DNA from: an uncultured Pseudomonadales bacterium
GTDB lineage: Bacteria; Patescibacteriota; Microgenomatia; UBA1400; PJMF01
Direction of reading: 5' to 3'
Assembly: GCA_964645645.1 (NCBI GenBank)
Contig: CAZYBC010000003.1
Span: forward strand, 13,369 to 77,368
Length of the DNA: 64,000 nucleotides
The notes below the pieces were generated by a model. That model did not search any database, was not told where the DNA came from, and was given only the letters and a program-made list of their open reading frames with translations. Position numbers and translations under genes: made by a program. Of the stretch, positions 49,368-59,494 are shown piece by piece (within the stretch, counting starts at the first letter, position 1; each line of letters opens with the position of its first letter).

Positions 49368-50371
49368 CTTTGCCCAGCTAATTGCCCACACGCGGCTTTA
49401 ATATCATCACCCATGGTTACTCTAATTGAATAAGCAATGCCAGCTTGATCTAAAATTTGGGCAAAATGATGAATGCGATTTTTGCTTGGCCTAGCAAAAC
49501 TTTCACCGGCTACTGGATTGTACGGAATTAAATTAACATGAGCTAAACGATTTTTTAATAATTTAGCTAATTGTTGCGCATGTTCAGATGAATCATTAAA
49601 GTTTTCAATTAAAATGTATTCATAAGTAATTCTTTTATTAGTCAAACGAACATATTCGTCCATGGCTTGAAATAATTCATCCAAAATATAAGTTTTAGCC
49701 ACAGGCATTAATTGTTCACGCAACGCTTGATTGGGCGCGTGCAAACTAATTGCCACTCTGCCTCTAAAACCTAGTTTAACAATTTGTCTAAATTCTCGCA
49801 CAAAGCCAGCGGTAGAAAGTGTCACTCGTCTTTTACCTAACGCAAACTTTTTTTCATCAGTTAAAGTTTGAATAGCTTGCCAAACATTGTCTAAATTGAG
49901 CAACGGTTCACCCATACCCATAAAAACTACATTCGTAATTTGCTGATTTCCACTCTGAAGTAGCCGGGCAAAATATAAAACTTGATCGACAATTTCTTGA
50001 GCATTTAATTTACCCAAAAAAACCATTTTGCCAGTGGCGCAAAATTTACAACCCACGGGACAACCTACCATACAACTAACACAAACACTATTGCGCCCAT
50101 CTTCATGTTGCATCAGTACTGCTTCTAATTTTTGACCATTTTCCCGCTCTAATAAAACCTTCGTTGTGCCGCCATCGGCTGAAACTAATTTTTTAATAAA
50201 TTTAAGCGAACTAAAAGCCACCGCTGCTTTTAGCTTAGTGCGTAAATCTTTAGACCAAGTAGTAAGCTGATCAAAATCACTAATCAATTGCTGATAAATA
50301 GCTTGATTAAATTGTTGCCAGCGGTAATTAGGTAATTTTTCTTGTTCAAAAAATTGCTCGATCGTTATCAT
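49364..50371 (-). CDS. rlmN: dual-specificity RNA methyltransferase RlmN (radical SAM)
   Basis: CVSCMVGCPVGCKFCATG radical-SAM cluster in the RlmN/Cfr context, MGMGEPLLN, and C-terminal catalytic Cys (AACGQL). Confidence 0.8.
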   Translation of the reverse strand: MITIEQFFEQEKLPNYRWQQFNQAIYQQLISDFDQLTTWSKDLRTKLKAAVAFSSLKFIKKLVSADGGTTKVLLERENGQKLEAVLMQHEDGRNSVCVSCMVGCPVGCKFCATGKMVFLGKLNAQEIVDQVLYFARLLQSGNQQITNVVFMGMGEPLLNLDNVWQAIQTLTDEKKFALGKRRVTLSTAGFVREFRQIVKLGFRGRVAISLHAPNQALREQLMPVAKTYILDELFQAMDEYVRLTNKRITYEYILIENFNDSSEHAQQLAKLLKNRLAHVNLIPYNPVAGESFARPSKNRIHHFAQILDQAGIAYSIRVTMGDDIKAACGQLAGQS

Positions 50372-50420
50372 TACCAGGTATTGTATAATTTTTAATAAGA
50401 GAATACTATCTAAAATAGCT

Positions 50421-51131
50421 ATGCTTAAAAAATTAGAAAAAGAACTCCAACAATTAGCTAATCCACAACATGCTCAAACTTTGAGCCGTTTTTTTAAAAC
50501 TGGCCCAGGTCAATATGGAGAAGGCGATATTTTTTTAGGCATTAAAACACCGGTATTGCGACAATTAGTTAAAAAATATAAAGATTTAAGTTTGTCGGAT
50601 TTAACTCAATTACTTAAAAGTAAAATTCACGAACATCGAGCTGTTGCCTTATCCATTTTAACAACTAGATTTGCTAAAGCCGATGACAATCTTCGTCAGC
50701 AAATTTATCAGTTTTATTTAGCTAACACTCAATACATTAATAACTGGGATTTGGTTGACATTAGCGCCCCTAAAATTGTAGGTTCATATTTATTAGATAA
50801 AGAAAAGGAACGAAAAATTCTTTATTCTTTGGCAAAATCACAAGACTTATGGCAAAAAAGAATTGCCATGCTTAGCACTTATACTTTTATCAAAAAATCT
50901 CAATTTACAGATGCTTTAGCCATTGCTCAAATTTTAGTTAATGATCAGCATGATTTAATTCATAAAGCTGTAGGCTGGATGTTGCGCGAATTAGGCAAAA
51001 TTGATCAAAATGTTGAAGAACAATTTCTTAACCAATACGCCGCGACCATGCCTCGTACTATGTTGCGCTATGCTATTGAAAAATTTAATGACAATAAAAG
51101 AAAACATTATCTAAATTTTCGTGCTAAATAA
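50421..51131 (+). CDS. DNA alkylation repair protein (AlkC/AlkD-like HEAT-repeat glycosylase family)
   Basis: N-terminal ANPQHAQTLSRFFKTGPGQYGEGDIFLGIKTPVLR is typical of the DNA_alkylation family. ~236 aa, all-helical. Confidence 0.6.
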   Translation: MLKKLEKELQQLANPQHAQTLSRFFKTGPGQYGEGDIFLGIKTPVLRQLVKKYKDLSLSDLTQLLKSKIHEHRAVALSILTTRFAKADDNLRQQIYQFYLANTQYINNWDLVDISAPKIVGSYLLDKEKERKILYSLAKSQDLWQKRIAMLSTYTFIKKSQFTDALAIAQILVNDQHDLIHKAVGWMLRELGKIDQNVEEQFLNQYAATMPRTMLRYAIEKFNDNKRKHYLNFRAK

Positions 51132-51159
51132 TAGCCTTACTGCGAAATAAAACAACAAA

Positions 51160-52500
51160 ATGAAAAAAATTTTAGCCTTAATTTTACTTAGCTACTTTAG
51201 ATTTTTTGCTCAGCTACAACTTAAAAAAATTAAACCGTTAATTATTGGCGTTACTGGTACAGCTGGTAAAACCAGCACCCGTGATGAAATTTATGCCATC
51301 CTCAAAAACCACTTTAAAGTAAAAGTTAGTTATAAAGCCAATAGTGAAAGTGGCATTCCGCTTAATATTTTAGGCTTAGCGCCAACTAATTTTTCATTAC
51401 TAGATTGGTTGCGCTTAGCCATTTTAGCGCCTGTAAAATTGCTTACCAATTGGGAAAAATATGATATTTATTTGGTAGAAATGGCCATTGATGGCCCAAC
51501 TCCTCCCAAAAACATGGGCTACCTCTTAACCATTATTAAGCCTGACATTGGCGTTTTTCTAAATACCGCCCTTGTCCACAGTCTTGCTTTTGATCATTTA
51601 GTGGAAGAAACCGATCCAAAATTACGAGCTAAAAAAATCCGCCAAATCATTGCCGCTGAAAAGGGTAAATTAATTACTCAATTACCAAAAAATGGTTTAG
51701 CGGTTTTAAACGCTGATGATGAATCAGTAGCTAATTTTGCTAAACAAACTCAAGCCCAAGTAACTTTATTTGGTCAAAATAAATCCGCCCAATTAAAAAT
51801 CGGCCTGATTACTCAAAATTTAAGCGGCAGTACTTTTACCCTCAGTTATCAACAAGAAAGCGTAACAATCAAAATTAAAAATTATTTACTCCCTGACCAT
51901 TTTGCTTACAGTTTAGCTGCCGCCTGTGCAGTAGGCTTGCATTTAGGTTTAACTCTAGCCACCTGTGCCAAAAACCTTGAAGCTAATTTTAAACTTGCTC
52001 CTGGTAGAGCGACATTAATTCCAGGAATTAAACAAAGTTTAATTTTTGATAGCTCTTACAACTCTTCTCCAAATACAGTGATTGATGGGCTGACAATGTT
52101 GAGCAAAATCAAAGCCAAACGCTTAATTGCGGTACTAGGGGACATGCGCGAAATGGGCCAGCAGAGCAAAACCGAACACGAAAAAGTCGCCCAATTTGCC
52201 GCCAAAACTGCTGATCAAATTATTTTAGTTGGCCAAGAAATGCAAGCTTATGCTTTGCCAGTGTTGGAAAAACTACAAGCTAAAGTAACAAGTTTTGACA
52301 ATGCCTATCAAGCCGCTGATTACTTAAAAACCCAAATTAAGCCAAGTGATCTAATTTTTGTCAAAGGGTCACAAAATACTATTTTCTTAGAAATTGTCGT
52401 AGAAGCCATTATGGCTAATCCCAGTAAAGCTGAACAATTGTTATGCCGAAGAGGGGAAATGTGGGGAAAAAAGAGAATATCAATAAAATCACTTGCTTGA
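51160..52500 (+). CDS. murF: UDP-N-acetylmuramoyl-tripeptide--D-alanyl-D-alanine ligase-like Mur ligase
   Basis: GVTGTAGKTST P-loop, DSSYNSSPNT (MurF DDSYNANP-like), 446 aa. Confidence 0.65.
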   Translation: MKKILALILLSYFRFFAQLQLKKIKPLIIGVTGTAGKTSTRDEIYAILKNHFKVKVSYKANSESGIPLNILGLAPTNFSLLDWLRLAILAPVKLLTNWEKYDIYLVEMAIDGPTPPKNMGYLLTIIKPDIGVFLNTALVHSLAFDHLVEETDPKLRAKKIRQIIAAEKGKLITQLPKNGLAVLNADDESVANFAKQTQAQVTLFGQNKSAQLKIGLITQNLSGSTFTLSYQQESVTIKIKNYLLPDHFAYSLAAACAVGLHLGLTLATCAKNLEANFKLAPGRATLIPGIKQSLIFDSSYNSSPNTVIDGLTMLSKIKAKRLIAVLGDMREMGQQSKTEHEKVAQFAAKTADQIILVGQEMQAYALPVLEKLQAKVTSFDNAYQAADYLKTQIKPSDLIFVKGSQNTIFLEIVVEAIMANPSKAEQLLCRRGEMWGKKRISIKSLA

Positions 52501-52723
52501 TTTGCTTGGCTTTGCCAAGAGATCTACACAAGTGATTTTATTTCTATCTATACTTTTCAAATTATTTAAGTGGAGCGCTTTTATGTTTTAAAAATAAGTT
52601 CATGAACTTAATATTAGCCTTTCTAAATCATTCCGCTTGCGGTGTGTTTAACTAGAAAAATAGTAATAGACCTTGTAAACCATTCCGCCTGCGGTGTGTT
52701 TACAAGGTCTATTACTATTTTTT
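52495..52723. repeat. composite repeat locus (second copy): conserved leader plus loop units; terminal 20-bp-stem hairpin 52660-52718
   Basis: cttgcttgatttgcttggctttgccaagagatctacacaag, then ctatacttttcaaat, then cattccgcttgcggtgtgtttaactag, then atagtaatagaccttgtaaa-c-cattccgcctgcggtgtg-tttacaaggtctattactat followed by T8. Confidence 0.55.
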
Positions 52724-54466
52724 TTATTCATACTTCTCTTTTTTCTTATACTCCGTATGCAGTAGCTCATGCTCTCGTTCATGGCCTAAACTTTTAGCAT
52801 ACTCCACAAAATCAGTGGCAATTTGATTGTGGTGCGCACAACGCAAATCCATTTTTTTATCAATGGCGTAAAGCCCAGCAATCCGCTGTTCAACAATTTT
52901 TTCAGTGCTAGGAATAGGTTGTCCACCGCCTCCAATACAACCACCGGGGCAAGCCATAAATTCAACATAATCATAGGCTTTGGGATCTCGTTTAATTTCT
53001 CGTAGAACTCGGTGCGCATTAGCTGGGGTAGCCACTACCGCTACTTTAAGGCTTAAATTATCAATCTGAATAGTGGCTTTTTTAATCCCTTTCATGCCGC
53101 GCACTTGTTCAAAATCTACCTTGTCTAAATCTTTACCTGTCAGCATATAAACTGCTGTACGCAAGGCTGATTCCATCACTCCGCCAGAAGCGCCATAAAT
53201 GGCCGCCGCTCCAGAATAATGACCTAATTCATCTAGTTCGCTATCTTCCAGTTTAGTAGGATCTAAACCATATTCACGTAACAAAACCGCTGTTTCACGA
53301 GTGGTCAAAACATAATCTACAGGGGACATCCCGTCAATTTTTAATTTTTCATGGTGACATTCATATTTTTTGGAAGTACAAGGCATAAAAGACACCACCA
53401 CTACTTTTTTAGGATCAATCCCAACTAATTCTGCCCACCAAGTTTTATAAGCTCCACCAGAATGAATTTGCGGTGACCTGGCCGTAGTTAAATGAGGGAT
53501 CATTTCTGGATAATAAAACTCCAAAAATTTTACCCAACCTGGACAACAAGAAGTAAACATCGGTAAAACCTGATCATTTTTAATCCGATTCACTAATTCT
53601 TCAGCTTCCACCAAGGTGGTAATATCCGCGCCCATGTTAACATCAAAAATATAGTCAAAACCAATCTGACGAAAAGCCGTAAACATTTTTTTCTCCAAAT
53701 TAACTCCAGGTTCAATCCCAAATTCTTCACCAATACTGGCCCTCACTGAAGGTGCCATCTGGGCAATCACTACTTTGTCTTCATCTTTAAGAGCGGCAAT
53801 GACTGCTGCCAAATGGCTCTGTTCTCGTACCGCCCCCACGGGGCAATGCACGGTACATTGACCGCAATAAATACAATCAGTTTTAGGATCTTTGTCATGA
53901 TCAATATGATTATCAACGCCCTTACCTTCCAATTGCAAAAAACCAATCCCAATTTTTTCGCACACTTCCACACATTTATTACATTTAATACACATATTGG
54001 GATCAATCTCCGCCGCCGTCACCATCTTATGAATCTTCCAATCTTTTTTTAACTTGTCATACTTTTTACCAGTGATACCATAACTTTTCATCTTTTCATA
54101 AGTGGCACAGTAAAAACCTTGCTGACATTTAGGACATAAATCTAAATGAGAGGCAAATAACAACTCCAGATTTTCTTGACGTAGTTTTTTAACCTGCTCA
54201 GTTAAACTGCTTACCTTTAAACCTTCACTAGCCATTAATGAGCAAGAAGTAACCACCTGGCCAGCTTTTAACTTTTTGTTGTCTCCAGGATCAAGCACTT
54301 CCACCAGGCAAGTGCGGCAACTAGCGCCGACTGGCAAATCTTCGTGATAACAAAAATGAGCAATATCAATTTGCTGAGCTAACGCTACCTGTAGCACATT
54401 TTGTTCAGCTTGAGCTTCACAGGCTTGATCATTAATACTGAGATGAATAATTGGCTTATCTGACAC
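52724..54466 (-). CDS. hydA: [FeFe]-hydrogenase catalytic subunit HydA (with N-terminal 2Fe-2S and 4Fe-4S ferredoxin-like domains)
   Basis: H-cluster motifs FTSCCPGW (L2), FMPCTSKKYE (L1) and EFMACPGGCIGGGGQP (L3). Ferredoxin motifs CIKCNKCVEVCE and CIYCGQCTVHCP. Confidence 0.85.
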   Translation of the reverse strand: MSDKPIIHLSINDQACEAQAEQNVLQVALAQQIDIAHFCYHEDLPVGASCRTCLVEVLDPGDNKKLKAGQVVTSCSLMASEGLKVSSLTEQVKKLRQENLELLFASHLDLCPKCQQGFYCATYEKMKSYGITGKKYDKLKKDWKIHKMVTAAEIDPNMCIKCNKCVEVCEKIGIGFLQLEGKGVDNHIDHDKDPKTDCIYCGQCTVHCPVGAVREQSHLAAVIAALKDEDKVVIAQMAPSVRASIGEEFGIEPGVNLEKKMFTAFRQIGFDYIFDVNMGADITTLVEAEELVNRIKNDQVLPMFTSCCPGWVKFLEFYYPEMIPHLTTARSPQIHSGGAYKTWWAELVGIDPKKVVVVSFMPCTSKKYECHHEKLKIDGMSPVDYVLTTRETAVLLREYGLDPTKLEDSELDELGHYSGAAAIYGASGGVMESALRTAVYMLTGKDLDKVDFEQVRGMKGIKKATIQIDNLSLKVAVVATPANAHRVLREIKRDPKAYDYVEFMACPGGCIGGGGQPIPSTEKIVEQRIAGLYAIDKKMDLRCAHHNQIATDFVEYAKSLGHEREHELLHTEYKKKEKYE

Positions 54467-55496
54467 TGTTTTCCTCCATGTTTAAGACATTTTTCATATA
54501 CGAGTGAATAGGCATTGCTAAAGATTTGCCTAAATCACAAAAAGAAGTTTTTTCCATAACCTGTACTAGCTCAGTAATTCTTGGCCAGGGGATAGGCTGA
54601 CCAAATTCTAATTTTTCTAGGAGAGCATAGAGCTGAGCACTACCTTCTCGGCAAGGGGTACACTTGCCACAGGTTTCATTTTTATAAAATTCAAACCAGC
54701 GTTTTAAAACATCATAGGGTTGGGCATCAGTGCCATAAACTTCAATTGCCCCACAACCAGTTAGCACTTGATTAGCTATCTGGTCAACATTAAAAACTTC
54801 ACCACTGGCACTGCCACCAACCTGAACAAAAAAATTAAAGCTGGGCCAATTCTGAGTGAGTTGCAAAATTTCCTTAACTGTCGCCTCATTAGCGACTTCA
54901 TAAACCCCAGGGTGGGGAATTGGGCCAGAGATAGTCGTAAAACGAGTGGGTTTAAAAGTCCCTTGCGCCACTCTAGCTACATCATAAAAAGTCTCAACAT
55001 TATTAATTAAGACCGGTTTACCAAAGATTCCACTTAAAGAAGGCGAAACTGTCTCGAGACGAGGCTGAGTACGTTTACCTTCAATAGCATTCAACATCGC
55101 TCCACTTTCACCTCCAATATAGCTTGGTTCTTCAATGAAAAAGTTAAATTTGAGCTTTTGGCGGTCTAAGTAGCTATCTGCTAATTTTTGCAGCTCCTTA
55201 CCAACTCGAGAAAAGTAGTGTTTATTGATATTAAAATAGGCTTCTTCCACCTCTAGAAACTGCATAGCTTCAACCATGCCTGCAAAAACCATTTGCGGAA
55301 AATGTTCCAAAATATACAAATCTTTTTTTACTCCAGGTTCACCTTCACTAGCATTACACACTACATAACCAATTGGCTTACCTAATTCTTTCAGCCTTTG
55401 CCATTTAAGATGAGCAGGGAAGCCCGCTCCACCACGGCCAACTAGGTTAGCCTGCTTAATTTTTTCTAAAATGGTATTGCTGTAGTCATTCGGCAT
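54456..55496 (-). CDS. NuoF-like flavoprotein subunit (HydB-like, short form)
   Basis: GRGGAGFP NADH/FMN-binding motif and 4Fe-4S motif CGKCTPCREG. 346 aa. Overlaps hydA by 11 nt. Confidence 0.7.
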   Translation of the reverse strand: MPNDYSNTILEKIKQANLVGRGGAGFPAHLKWQRLKELGKPIGYVVCNASEGEPGVKKDLYILEHFPQMVFAGMVEAMQFLEVEEAYFNINKHYFSRVGKELQKLADSYLDRQKLKFNFFIEEPSYIGGESGAMLNAIEGKRTQPRLETVSPSLSGIFGKPVLINNVETFYDVARVAQGTFKPTRFTTISGPIPHPGVYEVANEATVKEILQLTQNWPSFNFFVQVGGSASGEVFNVDQIANQVLTGCGAIEVYGTDAQPYDVLKRWFEFYKNETCGKCTPCREGSAQLYALLEKLEFGQPIPWPRITELVQVMEKTSFCDLGKSLAMPIHSYMKNVLNMEENSVR

Positions 55497-55498
55497 AA

Positions 55499-56065
55499 TT
55501 ATTTAGCTTGAGTTTTAAAAACTTGATAAACCGTATAAGCAATGAGCCCCCCCAGTAAAGCCGTGGCCAATTGTGGCCAACTCATCATTACTGACATGGG
55601 TGAAATAAACTTGGCAGGCAGAAGTTTAGTCAAAATTTGCTGGCTGAATAAATTCAGCCATAAAAATTTGATACTAGCCGCCGCCATCACACTTAAACCC
55701 CAATTCTTTTTTACTAATTTGGCAAAAATTAAAATATATAAACTATTACTTAACATAATAAAAGGCACCATGGCCGCTAAGGGAGCAGGTAAAGTACCAC
55801 TAGCTAAGGCTACAGTACTCGGAATTAAACCAAGTAGCATGGCTTCACTAGAACCCACCCACAAACAAGCTAAAAGCAAGCTGGCATTAACTAACGGGCC
55901 AGTAATAAACTGCTGATGGATAATGGCTGGAACAACTAGCATTATTGTACTCAGACCCAGCATCACGGCTAATTTTTGTAACCAAGCTAAATTAAGAGTT
56001 TGGCTGGTCACGACCGATTCAGAAGTATGATTAGAAAAAGATTTAGAAAAGGCAGAATTGGGCAT
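55499..56065 (-). CDS. polytopic membrane protein (possible ECF-transporter S-component/BioY-like)
   Basis: 188 aa, ~6 hydrophobic segments; assignment by size and topology only. Confidence 0.3.
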   Translation of the reverse strand: MPNSAFSKSFSNHTSESVVTSQTLNLAWLQKLAVMLGLSTIMLVVPAIIHQQFITGPLVNASLLLACLWVGSSEAMLLGLIPSTVALASGTLPAPLAAMVPFIMLSNSLYILIFAKLVKKNWGLSVMAAASIKFLWLNLFSQQILTKLLPAKFISPMSVMMSWPQLATALLGGLIAYTVYQVFKTQAK

Positions 56066-56228
56066 AGTAACCTGAATCTCAAAATAGATCTTGAGATAAT
56101 TGTATAATATTTAATTAATTTTAGCATTTTCTGATGACAATAGTAGCCGTAGCTACTTGCGAAAGAAGAAAATAGCTAAAATTGTTAAAGAGTATAAAAT
56201 TAGCCAAGATATATTTTGAGATTCAGGT
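56059..56228. repeat. ~170-bp inverted-repeat-flanked element homologous to 556-719 (copy B)
   Basis: Terminal inverted repeat aacctgaatctcaaaata ... tattttgagattcaggtt (18 bp). Internal caatagtagccgtagctacttgcgaaagaagaaaatag parallels cgaagtagtagccatgctacttcgagcgagaaaacaag of copy A. Shared taaagag and tagccNaa blocks. Confidence 0.4.
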
Positions 56229-56368
56229 TAAACAATATAAAATAAACTCAGGAGAATAAAAAAGTTGAAAGAAAACAAAACGCATGGTTTTAAACAAAAT
56301 TTTTTTAAGTAATATTAGTCGCGCAGATCTCTGCAGCGAAGCAAAGACAATCAAGCGACTATTATTAC

Positions 56369-57064
56369 TTAAAACCGCCACCCCACATAATGAATTTTTT
56401 TGCCTAATTTAAGATTCTTTTTTTCAAAGCGAGTTTGTACGCTAGTTAAAAAAGGGATCCCCAAATCTTGAGCATAAATATCCTGGCTCTGATTAATCAC
56501 CTGGGCACGATAAGCCGCCAATTCTGCTAAGGTAAAATCAAACAATCCTTGATTATCAGTTTTTAGCTGCACTAAACCACCGGGCTTAATAATTTGCTGA
56601 TAAAGTTGTAAAAATTTCTGACCAGTTAAACGTCTTTTAGCATGGCGATCTTTAGGGTATGGATCAGGGAAAGTCAGCCAAATTTCATCTACACTTTTAG
56701 TAGGGAGATAAGCTAATAATTCTTCAATATAAATGCGCAAAAAAAGCAAGTTATCTAAATGCAAATTTAAGGCTTGTTTGGCCCCACGGTATAAACGCTC
56801 ACCTTGAATATCAACGCCAATAAATTTTTTGTCAGGATTTTGCTCTGCCATTGCTACGCTATACTCACCATAGCCACAAGCTAATTCTAAAACTAAGGGT
56901 CTTGGGTCAACTAGAAATTTTTTTAACTGAGCTAAAATTTGCCAAAGTGGCGCTTGATCATCAGCCAACTTAACTGCTGAAGGATGAATTTCACCAGGCA
57001 GTCTTTGCACTACATTAGCAAAAGTATTAAGTTGGGCAAATTTTTCTAATTTGGTTTTTGGCAT
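56369..57064 (-). CDS. trmB: tRNA (guanine46-N7)-methyltransferase TrmB
   Basis: LELACGYGEYSVAMAEQNPDKKFIGVDIQ SAM motif plus the TrmB-specific context (W...FPDP). Confidence 0.75.
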   Translation of the reverse strand: MPKTKLEKFAQLNTFANVVQRLPGEIHPSAVKLADDQAPLWQILAQLKKFLVDPRPLVLELACGYGEYSVAMAEQNPDKKFIGVDIQGERLYRGAKQALNLHLDNLLFLRIYIEELLAYLPTKSVDEIWLTFPDPYPKDRHAKRRLTGQKFLQLYQQIIKPGGLVQLKTDNQGLFDFTLAELAAYRAQVINQSQDIYAQDLGIPFLTSVQTRFEKKNLKLGKKIHYVGWRF

Positions 57065-57138
57065 TGTTAAGTTTATTCTAACAAAAAAGGGGAATCATTT
57101 TGTAACGATTCCCCTTGAATATTTTTTCTAAAACAAAA

Positions 57139-57666
57139 TTATTCTAAAGTTAATTTCATAGAATCAACTGTACCAAAAGAGCCTTTGATATTGCCAAAAA
57201 CTCTAACAATGAAAGTTTTTTCTTGTTTGTTAGCCATTGAACTTAATTTACCAATAGCGCCAAAAACACCACCCATATCTTTAAGATCATCAGCATTAGT
57301 GTTAATTAAGCTATAAGCAACATCAAAATTCACTACTTTTTCACTACCAGCTTTCATGGTAAAACCTTCTAAAACTTTGTTGCCAACCAAATGAGTTTTG
57401 GATTTTTTAACTGGACCTTGAGCAGTACTCTTAGTTTCAGTAATGGTTTCTTCAATTTTAATTTCGATGTTATCAAGAGTAGTTTCATCTTTGCAGGTAA
57501 AGAGCAGTTTACCTTTTAAACTTTTACCTTTACTGCTAATAACTGGATCCATATCAATCTTAACTTTAGCCCCACCAATATTTAAAAGTTTTTTTGCTTT
57601 ACTAACTAAATTAGCAAAAAAGCCTGGTTGAGCATTTTTCTCTGTTTTGGTTTGATTTTCTGACAT
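57139..57666 (-). CDS. Spo0M-family-like protein (hypothetical)
   Basis: N-terminal FFANLVSKAKKLLNIGGAKVKIDMD resembles the Spo0M start (FKKLL.S.GIGAAKVDT); beta-rich. Confidence 0.35.
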   Translation of the reverse strand: MSENQTKTEKNAQPGFFANLVSKAKKLLNIGGAKVKIDMDPVISSKGKSLKGKLLFTCKDETTLDNIEIKIEETITETKSTAQGPVKKSKTHLVGNKVLEGFTMKAGSEKVVNFDVAYSLINTNADDLKDMGGVFGAIGKLSSMANKQEKTFIVRVFGNIKGSFGTVDSMKLTLE

Positions 57667-58016
57667 TTTTGACCTTTCTTAGTCTGATATTAAGTAGATT
57701 TATTCTAATCATAGCTAACTGATTTTCCAAGAGGGAAATGAAGAGAAAACTAGATAAGTTATCAAAAAAAAATTTATCAGCGTTAAGCAAGCATAGCAAT
57801 TTGTTGAAAATTTTTTAACATTAAACTAGCATTGCTGTTTGTAAAAATTTTTTTTGGATTGGAAAAATTTAACTGGCTAAAATAAAACTTTTTTTGCTTA
57901 ATCCCAGAGATAAACAAACAAATTAATCTGCGGCTTAACCACAGACTCAACTCACTGAAGTGGATAAAAAAAAGGCGGCAAACTATAAAGCTTGCCGCCA
58001 GAGAGAAAAGAGAGCA

Positions 58017-58274
58017 CTAGGGCTTTTGAAAAATCTTTTCCCAGTTAAACACCAAAAAAATCATGAAGGGGATGAATCCCCAGTTAAGGCCATTCTGCAC
58101 CCATGCTGGTGCAGACATCGCCGAAAAACACATGCCGAAAAATCCGGCAAAAATCAATCCAATCACAGCCCCGACAACCAATTTTACCCAAAACATACTA
58201 CGCATCTCAAACCTCCACCCCTTACCGTGTTTTATTCTCGTTTGTCCCAAGAATAGGTAAGGGATATCAAGCAA
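58017..58274 (-). CDS. small membrane protein (85 aa or shorter)
   Basis: Two hydrophobic helices (VKLVVGAVIGLIFAGFFGMCF, FIPFMIFLVFNW). Several overlapping + strand ORFs are rejected as shadow ORFs. Confidence 0.3.
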   Translation of the reverse strand: MLDIPYLFLGQTRIKHGKGWRFEMRSMFWVKLVVGAVIGLIFAGFFGMCFSAMSAPAWVQNGLNWGFIPFMIFLVFNWEKIFQKP

Positions 58275-58581
58275 GTTTTTACACTTAACTGATATCCCTC
58301 ACTTATTTCTCAGGATTTTTTTAGTTTCTCTTTTTCAAAGAACTTTGTTGAAATTAAAAAATGCCAGCTCTTGGCATAACTAATTTCGACAAATATGTAT
58401 TAATTATATCAAAAAATATCCTTTTTGTAAAATTATAGGCCAATGGTGCATTTCGTTTGCGAACTCAGGCCTCAGGACTTAGAAACTCAAAAACAGGTAT
58501 TACTAAAAAATACTTTTCCAAATAACTAAAAAAACTTCTAAGCTTTAAAAATAAAGCATTTATAGAGTAAAATAGCGTTTA

Positions 58582-59487
58582 ATGAAAACTTATTTTGCAC
58601 CTCACTGGCCTGATTATCAATTGCTGGATAGTGGCAAGCAACAACGCTTAGAAAAATTTGGTCCCTATTTAATTGTTAAACCAGACCCCATGGCTAATTG
58701 GCAACCCCAGTTGAGCCCAGCCGAGTGGAACAAAGCAACCGCAATTTTTTCTGGTAAACCAGGGCAAACAGATTTAACTTGGCAAATTAAAAACCAGCCA
58801 GCAAATTCTCAAATTACCATTGATAATTTAACTAACCAAGGCTGGCCTTTAAGTTTTGGTTCAATTAAATTTTATGCTCGCTTAACTCCTTATAAACACG
58901 TGGGTTTTTTTCCTGAGCAAGCTTTTCACTGGCAATGGTTAGAACAATTAGTCAAAACCCACCAATCCTCTAAACCGCTTAAAGCGCTTAATTTATTTGC
59001 TTATACTGGAGTAAGCTCTTTAGTTTTAGCATCATTAGGAGTGAAAGTGACTCACGTGGATTCTTCTTACCCAGCCATTGCGTGGGCTAAAAAAAACCAA
59101 GAGCTGTCTAACTTACCACCAGACTCTATCCGCTGGATTAGAGAAGATGCACTAAAATTTGTGCAAAGGGAAGTTAAACGTGGCAATCAATACCACATTA
59201 TTTTGTTGGATCCACCTGGTTTTGGGCATGGACCTCACAAAGAAAAATGGAGTTTTAATCAGCATTTTCCGCTTTTGCTTAAAGCCTGCCGACAAATCTT
59301 AGCTCCGGATGCCCTGGCTTTGCTGGTTAATGCTTATACTCAATCATCTTCTATTTTAAGTAAAACTTTTTTACAAACAATGGCCGATCTACCAGGTAAT
59401 ATCACTTTAGGTAAATTAGCCATCGCCAATAAAACAAAGATCGATAATGTTCTCACAACTGGTATTTTTGCTCGCTGGGAAAAATAA
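58582..59487 (+). CDS. class I SAM-dependent methyltransferase, RlmI/RlmKL-like
   Basis: LNLFAYTGVSSLVLA (motif I variant), HVDSS, and IILLDPPGFGHG (the DPPxF motif of the RlmI/YccW-type rRNA m5C methyltransferases). Confidence 0.55.
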   Translation: MKTYFAPHWPDYQLLDSGKQQRLEKFGPYLIVKPDPMANWQPQLSPAEWNKATAIFSGKPGQTDLTWQIKNQPANSQITIDNLTNQGWPLSFGSIKFYARLTPYKHVGFFPEQAFHWQWLEQLVKTHQSSKPLKALNLFAYTGVSSLVLASLGVKVTHVDSSYPAIAWAKKNQELSNLPPDSIRWIREDALKFVQREVKRGNQYHIILLDPPGFGHGPHKEKWSFNQHFPLLLKACRQILAPDALALLVNAYTQSSSILSKTFLQTMADLPGNITLGKLAIANKTKIDNVLTTGIFARWEK

Positions 59488-59494
59488 ACTAAGT

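Noticed and set aside
52786-54052. Small ORFs 52786-53019, 52823-53005, 53770-54006 and 53813-54052
   Set aside because: All are nested in, or antisense to, hydA, which has all H-cluster motifs.
57443-58288. Several 60-98-aa ORFs on both strands in 57443-58288
   Set aside because: They overlap each other or the Spo0M-like gene. Only the minus-strand membrane peptide (58017-58274) has convincing hydrophobic helices. The + strand ORFs are Lys/Pro/His-rich and non-protein-like.
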